Positions 26,240-38,470 of a stretch of 64,000 nt of DNA are shown in pieces. This DNA comes from Lama glama. Its lineage: Eukaryota. Position 1 is the stretch's first letter; each line of letters begins with the position of its first letter. The translations under genes and the position numbers were made by a program. A model generated the notes under the pieces. It ran no database searches. It had not been told where the DNA came from and was given only the letters and a program-made list of their open reading frames with translations. The stretch is taken from assembly GCA_028534125.1 (NCBI GenBank), contig CM052818.1, forward strand, positions 34,164,001 to 34,228,000, in the 5' to 3' direction.

Positions 26240-27125
26240 ATTGCTATCTCTTATTAAGCAGGTACTCTACACACTTCCTTTCATTTAATCCTCACAACCA
26301 CCCTGTAAAACAGATGGTTATTGGCTGAGGCTTGCAGGTGAGAAAACTGTCACTCAGGTTCCACAACATGGCCAGGAAGTGGCAGGACTGGGATTTGAAC
26401 TCAGGTTTGTCTGCTCACAGGGGCCAGACCGCCTCCCTTTCTCTCCCTTCCTGGAACTACAGAAGGTTACATTCTGGGAGCTGGAAGATAATCTAGTTTG
26501 CTCCTCCTTTGGCCTCCTTTCAGCCCCCTCCACCTTGCTTCCTGGAATACAGTGGTAGCCTCATGGATAAGAAGTTGAGAAGACTTCAAACACTCACCTT
26601 CACATTTGCCTTATGTTAGATGATGCAAATTTAAGAAAGGAAAAACTTCCTGAAGTTGTAATGTGTGAGGAAAAACTATTATTTTTAACGTGGCAAGAAT
26701 AAATATTTAATTAGACAGTGTGACACTAAATTTCACCTGGCTTTGCAACATCATAGACAATAAAACCAGCCCTTGTCTACAGGGCTAATTACAGACTACC
26801 AAATTATTTTTATTAAAACCCTCTGGAATATTAAACACGAGGAATGAAGCAACGTGGTATTGCAGAATAGCCCTAGACTGGCAATCTGGGTTCTAATCCT
26901 GACTCAGCCACTAATAACTACCAACATTAATTTGCATGGTGTACACAGTTTACAGAATGTTTTCACATACTTTCTACATTAGTTGTGTGACCTCAGGCAA
27001 GTCACTTAGTTTTTGCTCTGGTTCCATAATTGTACTTACTGAAAGTACAAGTCTCTTGGTGTCTCATGTTAAAATCTGGAAATGAGAACAATGAACCCTC
27101 TGAAGTCCTGTCCATTTCTAACATC
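26240..27125. mobile_element. MIR SINE fragments
   Basis: tcatttaatcctcacaaccaccctg...ggatttgaactcagg (minus) and tctgggttctaatcctgactcagccactaa...tgtgtgacctcaggcaagtcactta (plus). Other MIRs near 36030-36600, 49710-49870, 52140-52350 and 56230-56410. Confidence 0.75.
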
Positions 27126-27276
27126 CTATGGGGGGAGGACATGTGTCTTAGGATCTTTACAAATGTGTCTGTAAACAAATCAGATGCATTCTGGTTCAGA
27201 AAAAATATATTATCTGTTCAGCTTCTGAAAGATGTTACTTGGCTAAATTCAGGTATAGCTTACAAGATGTTTGCAG

Positions 27277-27460
27277 CCAGCTAGTTGGCTCAGCTTCTGG
27301 AGAGTACCATATGAAGGCTTGGGGTTGGATTCCCACATAGTCAACTGCTCCTCTGTTCAATAGCCAACTGCTATGCCTACCTCCAGGAAATCATCTTACA
27401 TACATAACCCCTAAAGTAGGCTGGCTTAGGGAAAGGACTTAAGGAAATCCATCCACACAA
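27277..27460 (+). mobile_element. Second, more degraded MamSINE1-like copy
   Basis: gccagctagttggctcagc...ggggttggattcccacatagtcaactgctcctctgttcaatagcc...aaatccatcc. Confidence 0.45.
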
Positions 27461-27516
27461 TATGTGAAGGTCTCAGAACCATCATATACTCAGGAACATT
27501 ATAAATATCGTTCTCA

Positions 27517-27688
27517 TAAACAGCAAGGTCCTACTGTGTAACAGGGAAATATATTCAATATCTTGTAATAACCTATAATGATAAAGAATATGAAAAAGAA
27601 TATATATATATATATGTATAACTGAATCAATATGCTATACACCAGAAACTAACACAACATTGTAAATCAACTACACTTCAAAAAAAAA
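27517..27688 (+). mobile_element. Artiodactyl-type L1 3' end
   Basis: aaacagcaaggtcctactgtgtaacagggaaatatattcaatatcttgtaataacc...tcaactacacttcaaaaaaaaa; imperfect TSD ending ttctca. Confidence 0.85.
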
Positions 27689-29749
27689 TATACCATTCTC
27701 AGTTCTAAGACACACAAATCCCTCCTCCAAGTCTTGCCACTTCCTGGCTATTAGGATGCACTGTTCCTGAAATTAGGATGCACTTCAGAGTCAACATATA
27801 TATATATATATTTTTTTTGATCTGGTAGTGTTAAATGATTTTATCTAAAAGCTGCTGGTAAGTTGCTTGTGTGTCTTAGAATCAAGGAAATATAGTGCTA
27901 CAAAACTACAACATAGATTGCATAGATTTAGGTTTAATTTGGTTCAAATCATGTCCCTCTCCCTGATTTAACAATTACACTCAGTAACTACTGGATAGGC
28001 AATGTATACAACACAGGTATTAGTCCTGTTTCTCAATAGCAGCAGTTTAAAAGGCATTCCATCATTATCTCATAAAATACTGGTATGGATTTCAAAGGCA
28101 AATTAATCCATATAAAAACCACTGTGATGCTCTGAAAATGTCCTATCCCACAGCAAACTGGAAAGGGAACATTTTACTCACACCCTCCTGATCTATCTAG
28201 CCTTGACACGTTTTCTTGCTTCTTAATTCACAACCCTCCACCCCAGTAATATCGCTGATTCCCAAAATACACTCAACCCAGGAGGAGCAGCTCTCCAGCA
28301 CAGCTGTCTGCTCCTGCCCTGCTCGGGTATTTCGGTGAGCTATGCGACACAGAGAGGACCACACAGAAGGAATGTAACTCCCAGGCCCCACAGTTCCCAT
28401 CGCCCCACAGGCAGGTGCATCCCGCCAAACCCCAGACTGGCATTCGAAACAGAAGAAACTGCACTGCTGCATGGGGGCTGTAGTTTTCCTGAACTTCATC
28501 TCTATGTTTAAAACTAGGGCGACAGCCGTCTTTGCTACTGTAAACTAATCTGATGGGCATGGGGGTGGGGAGTGGCTCTGAAGAGGCTGCCAATAGGCCA
28601 TGATTGAGCAAAGTCAAGGAGCAAAATCGTTATTTCTCACTGTTTGCAAGCCAGAACCAAACCATCTACTCCTTTTGCAGCCTGAAGTAAAAAAGCCAAA
28701 GCCTCTTCTACAGTTTAACTGGCTGATATTTATGCATATTTTCTAATTGTACACTGAAATCTGGAAGTCAAAAAAAAAAAGTATCAAAGGAAGTTGGCAA
28801 CGAGGTACACACACAGTAGTTAGGAGCCCTCGAGTTGAGGCATGTTTAAGAGACAGCTTCTGGCTGGGGGCACCAACTCTGACTTCAGCTCCATTTCTTC
28901 TAGAAAAAGACAATAGTTTGGGGACCTCCTCTATTCCAGGCAATGCAAGATGGGCAGGTGGATGGGTAGCAAACGTAATCTAGGAAGTTGTTCAAATATG
29001 CTAGAACCCTTATCAGGTGACAGTTCCCACAAAGACTCAGCTGCAGGAGGCAGGGGGTACAAGCCTCAGACCCACATCATAGAGAAATCTCAGTTTTTCT
29101 CTGCTCTGCACATGCTACCTTAAAACTATTACCCAATTGGTTACCACATGGAATTTACAGGTATCAGAGGTCAAGTCCTGCCACAACCCCTCAACATACA
29201 AACAGTAAGCACTTGCTATGGATATCAGGCCTGTTTCCAAACCTCACATTATACCAGGATTGTACTGCGAAGGGGGTGGGGAGAGCATTTTAAAGAGTAC
29301 TGCAAGATGCTTATTCACAACAACACACCGGAAGCGCAGGAACTTCGGCTCCCACACGCAACCTTCCCCCTCTTCCCTCCACTGCCTCTAGTCCCTCTCC
29401 ACAGCACCCTCCACGGCAGGAGCTCAGCCCACTACAAGGCCACCGTGCACTAGCGGGTGTTCACTAAACAGTAGCTGATCATGATGAGGCTGAATGCTTC
29501 CCAGCGAATCTATTCGGAAAGCCCCACAAGCTCTAAGCTGCCAGTTAGAACTGTCCAGACCTGCTTCCCTACACCAGCCAGGGCAGGAGCGTGCGGGTCG
29601 GAAACCTGAGGCCCCAGGGTCTGAGCAGGCAGAACGTCCCCCCTCCCCCAAGTCTCCCCTCGCTCTCTTCCCTTGCCACTCTTTTTCTGGCATATCACTG
29701 GAGAGGCCGAAGATGTCAGGCCCAAGAGGAGTAAGGAGAAGGGACAAGG

Positions 29750-30460
29750 GCGAACGGAGGCAGTTTCGAGGGGAAAATCTGTCTAGGGTGGAGGTGCGGT
29801 AGCGCCGCATCTAGTGGGGAAGGACCCCCAAGGTGGGTCTGGAGGGAGAGAAGGGGAGGGGGAGTGGCTCGGGGAGGCCTGACGGCTGAGGCCGCAGGGA
29901 GCCCGTGAGAGCGGGATAGAGGGAGGGAGGCGGGCGGGAATGAGACGCGGTTGGGGGGTGGGGGCGCGGGTGGGGAGGCGAGGGGGGCAGCCCGGTTCCC
30001 CTCCCCCAGCCCGGGCCCGGGCCTCCCGCTGACTCAGCCCCACGGCGTCGGTCGCCTCGGCCCGGACTCACAGTGCGCGAGGTGGCTCCGGCGGAGGCGG
30101 CAGGGGAGGGGACAGGCGGCGGGGGCGCTGCGGCTGAGGCTGCGGCTCCGGCCGGCGGCTCCGGGGCGGAGGGTCCTAGCAGAGGCCGCCGCGGTCTCCG
30201 GCTTCAACGCACAGAGACTGCGGGGGAAGAGAGCACTGCGCAGGCGCGATGCGGCCACCGCTGTCAGTCCGAGCGGGGCGGGGCCAGGGCACCCGCCGTC
30301 TCCAAGGCAACTGGGCGGCGAGGGAAGGACAGCCTCTACCTCCACCTTGTCTTAGCAACGGCGGCGGGAGGTGGGAGGCGACGAGAACAGTCCCTCTAAG
30401 TTGCCATAGCAACGAGGAGACGAGACAGCCTCATAAATTTACGGCGGTACCGAGGGAACG
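29750..30460. promoter_or_regulatory. MAPRE3: CpG island / MAPRE3 promoter
   Basis: Very GC- and CpG-rich. NRF1-type TGCGCAGGCGCG at 30237-30248 and GC box GGGGCGGGGC at 30275-30284; no TATA box evident. Confidence 0.92.
30072..30240 (-). other. MAPRE3: MAPRE3 (EB3) non-coding first exon; TSS approximate
   Basis: Minus strand reads ...ctctgtgcgttgaagccggagaccgcggcggcc...ccggagccacctcgcgcact|gtgagt, which matches my recollection of the human MAPRE3 5'UTR. Strong donor site. DPYSL5 followed by MAPRE3 on the same strand is the known mammalian gene order. Confidence 0.88.
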
Positions 30461-30516
30461 CTCTTACCTTGTCACCATGGCAACTGGGAACAGCCCCTTC
30501 CTTTTCCCTTAGCAAC
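30298..30516. promoter_or_regulatory. Cluster of RFX X-box motifs
   Basis: GTCTCCAAGGCAAC (30298-30311), GTTGCCATAGCAAC (30400-30413), GTCACCATGGCAAC (30471-30484), plus CTTAGCAAC half sites near 30351-30359 and 30508-30516. Confidence 0.75.
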
Positions 30517-32497
30517 AGGGTAACATTTCCTCCTCCCTAACTGATCACATAAGGAACAACCATTTACACTTGATTCAATAGTAGCCAGATGACGGGTTCT
30601 TATCTGTCTCACCGCTACTGCAAAGGAGAAAGAGAGTATTTCTTTCCTTTCAGCAGCACGAGAGAGCTAAGGCTGGGTTTTCTCTCCTCTCTTGGTTTAT
30701 GGCTTTCAATGGCAGCCTATTACTCTAATCCCCAAATTCAATTTTTCTCTACCTGTGTTAAACATTCCTTTTTGTCTCCTACCAGAAAGTCTATACCTTT
30801 ACCCCTAAATCGAGCTACAAAATCGTCTATACACATATCACAAGTTTTTATCCACCTTATTTTCCCTCCTAATGCATTTATAATCAATTCCTGTTTCTTC
30901 ATCTTGCCCACTTAGCCAGTTTAAATTCTCCCCCCTCATAACTAGCTCCCTCCTTGATGTGGTTATTGATGTTCGCGAATTCCTGATTCCAAGTCTGCTT
31001 TCACAGATCTCCCCAGTTCTCCTAGATCCCTCTTCTTGTCCACACCTACTGTCCCTGTCCTCCAGTGCTCTGCCCAGGGTTCCACTATGCTCACCCCACT
31101 GTGATTCCATCAGCTTCGTTCTCTTTGTACAAATTATTTCTGGGTCTCCCTCCCTCAGCCCTGACTACCATGGATAGCTTAAGGTTACCTCTGTACCCAT
31201 CTTGTACATACCTTCTTTAATTACACACATCTGACGGTATTGTTCTTGATTCACATGTGTCTCCTCAATCAGACTACATGCCCCTTGTGGGCAGGAATAC
31301 CGTCTTATTCATCTGCTCCCTCAGCATCTAGCACTGGATATGACACATAGTAGGCAGAGTTCCAGTAAGTGTTTATGTAATTGGATCAACTGAAAGATTT
31401 TCTTCAAAGATTCTCCAAAGATTTTCTTTGACCCCAAGAAATGAGTGAAAGGAATCAAAAGGTTAAAAACATTTTTTTACTGTTGTTCTTCCTCACGTTC
31501 TCTGACCTAATACCTCAGAGTCTCCACTAACATTTTCCTTATGATCTTTACACATATTATATCTTTAAGTACTACTGCTACTGTTATACCTCTCTCACTC
31601 CCTTAGCTCTCGATCTTAATGCCCAAACTCCAGTCATCTATTAATTTTGAGACTCTGGCATTCTGTTTCCTGACTCCTCGTCTCTAGCTAGTCTCCTTTC
31701 TACACTATCCCAAATGTTTCCACTAAATAAACTTCCTCACAAGGTACTGACCTCCTCCATGACTCCTGTCACCCTCCTTAATCAGTGCAAGCTCTTCATG
31801 CCGTCCCATCCTACCACCTCCTAACGCAGCTCGGATAGAGCCCTCTTGGTGACCATCATTGGATTCTGCTGGGCTTGTTGACATGCCAGAGATGCTGCAT
31901 TCTCTTCAAATGACTCAGAAGTAAGAATTCATAGGCTGGCATTCTTTTCCGAGTCTCCCTTTGAGCACCCAAAGATTCCACCCCAGGACTATGGGTGTCA
32001 AAGCACTCTGACTGAGCCCATTTTCTCAGGGGAGAAGGAGATGGCAGCTGATTACACACATAGTGAGTAAGAAAAGAAAGGGGCACAGCATATGCTGAGT
32101 CAAGACGGTCTCCTCCCATTCAAGGCAATTCTCAGAAAGGAGAGGGTTTCTTGTAGAGGATAATTCCCAGAACAAACCAAGTGCAGGCTATACCTTTTCC
32201 TAAGCCACAGAGTTGGAGAACTGAAGCTGTTCCTAAATGTATCTATAGCGTGTCTGGGTGTCACAAAGATGAGGGGAAATTTTCAGACTCAATTTATTTT
32301 GCTTTTCCATTCTGAATTTCCAGTTTATCTCCATGATTGTAGGTGTGGACTTGGGTGGTGTAGATGGCCCTGAGTCAACCTGAGAAGAGACTATGATCCT
32401 TGTAGCCCTACACATTCATCATATGTGGGATAAAGGACCATTCTACAAAGAGTTTCTGCATAACCTTCACTCAGGTTCTCACCTGGTAACATTTTAC

Positions 32498-33390
32498 TGT
32501 GTGTCAGTTACGTGTTGCTGCAAAACCAATTACTCCAGCTTTGTGGTTTAAAAAACAACCATTTCATTATCTCCGTTTCTGAGGGGTGGGAATTCAGGAA
32601 GAGCTCAGCTGCGTGGTTCTGGCTCAGGTTTCTTATGTGGTTACAGGGGCAGCCTAGACAGCCCTCTCTCCTCATGTCATCTCAAAGTTTGCTTTCTCAT
32701 GACATGATGGCTTCAGGGCAGATGGACTACTTATATGGTATATGAAGGTTTCAAGGACAAGTATAATAGTGAGTAAAGAGAAAAACTGCTTCCCTTTTTA
32801 TAACCTAGCTTCAGACATCACTTCTGCCATATCCTATTGGTTGAAAAAAAAATCACGAAAGTCTACCTAATATCAAAGGAAGGGAAAATAGACCCCACCT
32901 CTTAATGGGAGCAATGTCCAAGTCACATAATAAGAGCATGTGGATGGGACATATTGTTGAATCATCTTTGAAAAATGCAATCTGCCACTCTTGACTGTCT
33001 AATGACAACAATTCAGATCCCACTCAATGCAAAATACACTCATCCCCACCCTCAAGAACCCCCAAGTTTCGTTCTGTGACAGCAGCACCTTGGAGTCCAG
33101 GATCTCGTCGTTTAACTCATGTCCCAGCGTGGGTATGGCTCTTCAGCCCCAGTTCCTTAGATGTAATTCCTTGAGTACCAGTCCTCTTGCTATGAAGACC
33201 TGTGAGGTAAAAAGACACATCTTTTGCCATATACACACTCGGCATACCCTAGTGGCACAGGCATGGGATAATTGCTACGGACATTATTTCAAAAAGAAGA
33301 AAAACAGAAGGCTCACACAGAAGTTACTAGTTCATAGCGATTCTGAAATCTAATGGGCACACATTGCCAGTTCCTGGTGTAGGGCTTGGA
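32498..33390 (-). mobile_element. MLT1 (G/H-like) LTR plus adjacent MaLR internal sequence
   Basis: LTR from tgtgtgtcagttacgtgttgctgc to aatctgccac (~32989), then atgcaaaatacactcatccc...ccccaagtt, typical of MLT1-int. Confidence 0.65.
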
Positions 33391-36300
33391 GCCACTCCCA
33401 TTTATTTACAACCGTGTTGACGTGGATTTTTTTCCCCCGATGGGTTATAATCCTTTCTTCTTATTATTTGTTTGGATGCCCAATTTGTCACAGATTTGGC
33501 CAGTGGAAGAAACTTCAGATTGGCTCCTGTGTCCTTTGGATTTGTCCTTGTCATTCTTTAAACATTTCCTTGCTTTGAGCACAAGATGTTCCAAGCTCAT
33601 CTTGTATGTTCCCTGCCTCAGCCCTGAAATTGGCCATTCACCAGGAGCCATGGCTCCTCCTGACTTTGTGACATGCCTTTTAAAAATTCTCCCTTGCTCC
33701 CTAAGTCTGCCCTTAAACATCCCCAGGATTCCCATCTCATTTCCCTCTCTCCTCCCTCTATGCATACTCTCTATATGTGTATAATCAGCTATTCCTGTGA
33801 CTTCTGACTCTGTATCTCCGGCCTAATCAGTTCTTCCAGCTGTCAGTCCTGTGTATGTAATTGCCCTCTGGATATTTCCACCCTATGTCCTACAGGTACC
33901 TCAAACTCAATGGACTTAAATTAAACTTATTTACCATTCTCCTTCAAAACCTAACCTTCCTATATCCCGTATTGCTGTTAATGAAATAACTATCCAAGAA
34001 AAACCTGAAAGTGATCCTAACCCACCTCTTCTCCCCAACTCTCTCTAGCAGAACAATTAGCACTATCAATTTCACTTTAAGTATCTCTCAGATCTGTTTG
34101 CCTTCTTTATGTCTATCACCTTTACCATCCTTTGCCTGGGTTATTGCAGAGCCCACACGTAGTCTCTCTGCTTCCAGCCTCTCCTACCTCTGACCCATCC
34201 TCAACACCATTGCTACAAGGCTCTTTCTAGAAGATAATCTATCAACATAACTCCTCTGCTTAAATTCCAATGATTGCCCTTCTCAAACTGGCAGAAGCAA
34301 CTTCTGGGCATGGGGGATTCATTTAAAGGAACAGAGTGAGGGGGTATATAATAGTTATATCTTCCTCAAGTTAAAATTTTATTTAGAGATTCAGGAAAAC
34401 CTAAAAATATTTTTTTAAAAAACAGACATATGACGAAACTGAATGCAAGCTTCACATAATTTTAAAGACAAGATGTTTAAGAGGGTTTGATCTCAAGACA
34501 CCTCCATGCCTGAACTATCCATATTGCGTTTTGGGGGTACTTTAGGGGGAAGTTAGAGAAACACTGGCTTGAAGGATTAAAGTTCAGGCTCCTTCACATG
34601 GTGGACAATCTCTGTTATAGTCTGGCCCCTACCAGACTTTCCACTTCTTCTTTCAACCCTTTTATGCCCCCTAGTCTCATTACCTCTCACCATATATATG
34701 TCAGCCACAAAGAGCAAGCACTTGCAGTTGGCCAAGCAAGCAGTTCTGTTTCATAGCTGAGCCAGTGTTTCAGGGTTCTCCCAGCTGGGAGTCCACCTTC
34801 CCTTTATTAGGGAAATTCCTATTCACTCTTCAAGACAAGCTTTAGTGTCACCTCCTCTGTGACACTGTCAGGGACCTCCCCTTGGCAGCTGACATATTCT
34901 CTTTGGTATCAGGTACGTTCTTTGTCCTGGTTCCCCATCATCTTGTGTTATGATGCTTGTCCACATCTCTCCCCACCAGAAGTCCTCACTCTCAGACCAT
35001 CTCTTATTTACCTTCATGTTCTTAGCACCTTACATGGGACTAAAAACAGCCAAGGAAGTTAAAAACAACCTGACCTTTGGTGCATTGCCCAGGGTGACTG
35101 GGGAAGCTAAGTGATGGAGGGAGTCTAAGAGAGTGGGTTAACTCTGACTGATGGGGGCTAAATTTTAGGTTGGCTATTGCAGGGCCATCCTGGTTGTGAG
35201 GTGGAGGCAAGGAGGAACTGCGGTGCTGGTAACTGTTACCAACAGTGTTCATTATTCATTCGAAACTAGCTAAAAGTAGATCGAGGCACTCAAATAGGAC
35301 TGATTCCCACGTATAGGGAATCCTTGACCTGGTTTTAAAATTTACAGGGGACTCAAGGAAGCCATATGTCATTTTACTGAGGAATGAATTTTAATCACAA
35401 GACTTGAAGCAGATGACCTAATCGAAGAGTGGATCTAACCCTTCCCCCAGTTGGAGCTGCACAAGCCTTGGGTCCAATACTTCTTTTTTTGTATGACTTT
35501 GGCCTTGGTTTTTCTCATTTGTTGTTGTGATGGTTAAGTGAGATAAAGTATGAAAAATGCCTAGCAGTGCCTGATACAAAATAAATACCCGACAAAGGAT
35601 AACTATCAGTAATAACCAAACTCTCATTAGTCAAGAGGTCATTTGATTTCCCTCTCAGTTGTACCCTGTCACATTACAGGAGCAGACATGCAATTTTAGA
35701 ATTTGCCAAGGTCTTACACCTGTGAACATTAATGACCTGCGGTATCCGGAATGAACAGCAACTCTAGACCAGCAGCTTAGACTGCAGGATGTTACCTTGC
35801 TTTTTGTGGAGAACGCCCCCCACCCCCTACGATGATCAGGTGCTTGATAAAGGCTTGGATTAACTCGATGAGTCTGAGGTGGCCTTGGGCCCCAGGAAGC
35901 TTCTCTTTCACCTGCCCCAGCTTTTGCTCCTGCATCTGCTGTTCCTGCTCTTCGTGGGCACAAACATTTCTTCTCTCTGCAGCAATCGCCACCTCATACA
36001 TCAGGGGCCGATTCACGAAAATGCAGTGTTAGACAGAGGTTAGGGCACGGTTTGGGAGCTACAGGGACTTGAGTTGAAATACTAAATCCATCACTAACTC
36101 TATGGCAAGCTATTTAACTTAGTTTTTTTTATCTGTAAAGTAGGGAAAATAATAGTAAAAACAGCAGAGACTGAACATAAGGGTTAGATGGATGCTAAGG
36201 ACAGGGCTTGCTATGTTGCGGGCATTCAATAAACAGTATCAGCTGTTATTTTTATTTAAAAAGTGAAATGGTACATTCTCTGTAGAGACCTTCCCAAAGC

Positions 36301-36758
36301 AGGTAAAGCTCTTTGCTACCCTGGCACTTTTATTTGACTCTCTCTCATGGTATTTCATATTTATAAAGGGGAAACTAGCATTTATTCACCTGCTACAATA
36401 GCCAGGCATGAAATACATACCATTCCCTGTAACCTTGGTCACTTCCTGAGGTTGGTATCATTCACGTTTTCACAATAAACAACAGAGGCTCAAAGAGGTT
36501 AACTAACTTGCCTGAGATTACAGAGCTAATGAGCATCAGAAGCAGAGTTTGAACCTAAAGCCAATACCAAAATCCAGATTCCCATTATCCCATGCTTCCT
36601 GTGCTTTCTTTACTACAATTGTTAATGTGTATTTCCCCCAAACTAATCTCTAAATGCAGAAGTTTCACTTGTTCATTTTTGTAGTATCTAACATGTGCCT
36701 GGCAGGTAATCTATAAGCATATATTAAAGGGAAGGTGGCAAACTCACGTAAGTAAACC

Positions 36759-36949
36759 TAGAGTTGCCAAATACATACAAGATACTTAACTGAATTTGAA
36801 TTTCGGACAAACAACAAATAATTTTTTCATATAAATATGTAACAGACACTATTTGAGACATATCTACACTAAAAACAAAAAAATTGTCATCTGTAATTCA
36901 GATTTAACTGAGAATCCTGTGTTTTCATTTGTTAAATCTGGCAATTTTA
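36759..36949. mobile_element. MER53 palindromic hAT MITE
   Basis: TIR-like ends tagagttgcca...tggcaatttta; internal gaatttgaatttcggacaaacaacaaataattttt mirrored by ttgtcatctgtaattcagattt. Confidence 0.8.
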
Positions 36950-37617
36950 ACCTAAACCTTGAGATTGGCCCTGAAAGGGACAATTTCCCCAGGGATTCTC
37001 CTAGCAGCAGAAGGGCCACCATGGCCCCTCACTCACACTCAAGCTTGGGCTGATCTGGAGCTGCTCTGGAGGCTGGGATTGAGGCCATGGTAACCTGGAT
37101 AGATCTGCCTTTCTTGGGCTTTACCAGTTCACCTAGGTTAAGTCAGCCTTGGCACCTTAAGCCAAAGAAGCAGACACTGATGAGCTTAAGGCGCCACCTG
37201 GAGGCTTTTATAGGTAGTACTGTGGCCAGTGGCCATCCCATGGACTCAGGACTTCGGGGAGCAGAGAAAGGCCAAACAAGGCAGAGACAGAGTAGAAGAG
37301 GACCCCAGCCTAGCAGTGGAAAGGGGCAGGGGAAGATAGACCTTTCTGGAATAGTCAGTGCATAGCGGCTGCTGGACAGCCTGGGAGCTGAAGGCACTTA
37401 CTTTCCAAAGACGGTCATTGCTTAGGGCTTCACTTCCCCAGGGCCCTCTGCCTCTCTAGCTGTTCCTTGCCGTCTCCAGGAAGCCACTGCCTTATGAGAA
37501 GCATCACAACCTCCATTCTGGAGGCTTGGTGCCACATTTCAAGATGAGGATGAGTGGCACAAAAACAATGCCATGGACTGATAGCTGACAGAATGGGAGC
37601 AACATATTTGCTTAGAG

Positions 37618-37793
37618 CAGTGGTTCTCAAAGTTTACTTCTCAGCACACCTGAGAACTTAATAAAAATGCAAATTCTTAGGCTCCACACCGGATTTACTG
37701 AGTCAGAAGTTCTGGGGGTGGGGCCCAGTGAGCTGCATTTAAATAAGCCTTCCAGGTAATTCTGATGTCATGCTGGAGTTGGAGAGCTACTTG
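37618..37793. mobile_element. MER5A hAT-Charlie element
   Basis: cagtggttctcaaagt...aaatgcaaattcttaggctccacacc...tactgagtcagaag...ccaggtaattctgatg. Confidence 0.85.
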
Positions 37794-38178
37794 CTTAGAG
37801 GGAACATGAGTGGGGTGGGCAGGGTGGAGCCTACCGTAAAGTGCAATATGGGAAGAGTCCTTACATGAATGAGGCGGCTCTTTGTTCTGTGTGCCTCCAG
37901 AGGGAAGAACTAGGGCAAATGGGCACAAGTTGCAGAGAGACAGAATTTAGTTACAATTAAGGCAGTAAGAATGGGATAGTATGCCTGGTTCAGGCTCTTC
38001 TCTGTCACTGGACTAAGTGTCCCGGGTTCTGGGCCAGATGATCTGTCAGGGGCATGGTTGAAACTTCTGTGGAGATTAAATTAGATGTGTGTAAGGAATC
38101 TCCAAACTCAGATAACCCACAATTCATTCTTGCAAATCACCTTTTCTTCTTCAGTTCTCTTTCATCAAGAGTAGGGCA

Positions 38179-38470
38179 ATAGACTCATGGACATAGTAAA
38201 CAGTCTTATGGTTACTGGGGGAAAGAGGTTGGGAAGGGATAAATGTGGGAGTTTGAGATTTGCAAATGTTAGCCATTATATATAAAGACAGATTAAAAAA
38301 AACCAATCTCTTCTGTATAGCACAGGGAACTATATTCAATATCTTGTAATAATCTTTAATGAAAAACAATATGAAAATGAATATATGTATGTATATGTGT
38401 GAGTGGGACATTGCGCTGTACACTGGAAATTGACATACTGAAACTGACTGTACTTCAATTTAAAAAAAAT
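38179..38470 (+). mobile_element. Lineage-specific L1 3' end
   Basis: atagactcatggacatag...tatagcacagggaactatattcaatatcttg...tcaatttaaaaaaaa; TSD GAGTAGGGCA at 38169-38178 and 38471-38480. Confidence 0.88.

Larger units (their letters stand above)
1..30071 (-). other. MAPRE3: MAPRE3 intron 1 (continues beyond the window start)
   Basis: Starts at the GT donor at 30070-30071. No EB3 coding sequence (MAVNVYSTS...) was seen in 1-30 kb; repeat-rich. Confidence 0.8.

Noticed and set aside
29424..30512. Many overlapping 70-130 aa ORFs on both strands
   Set aside because: Stop-codon depletion in a CpG island; low-complexity G/R/P/A peptides with no recognisable family.
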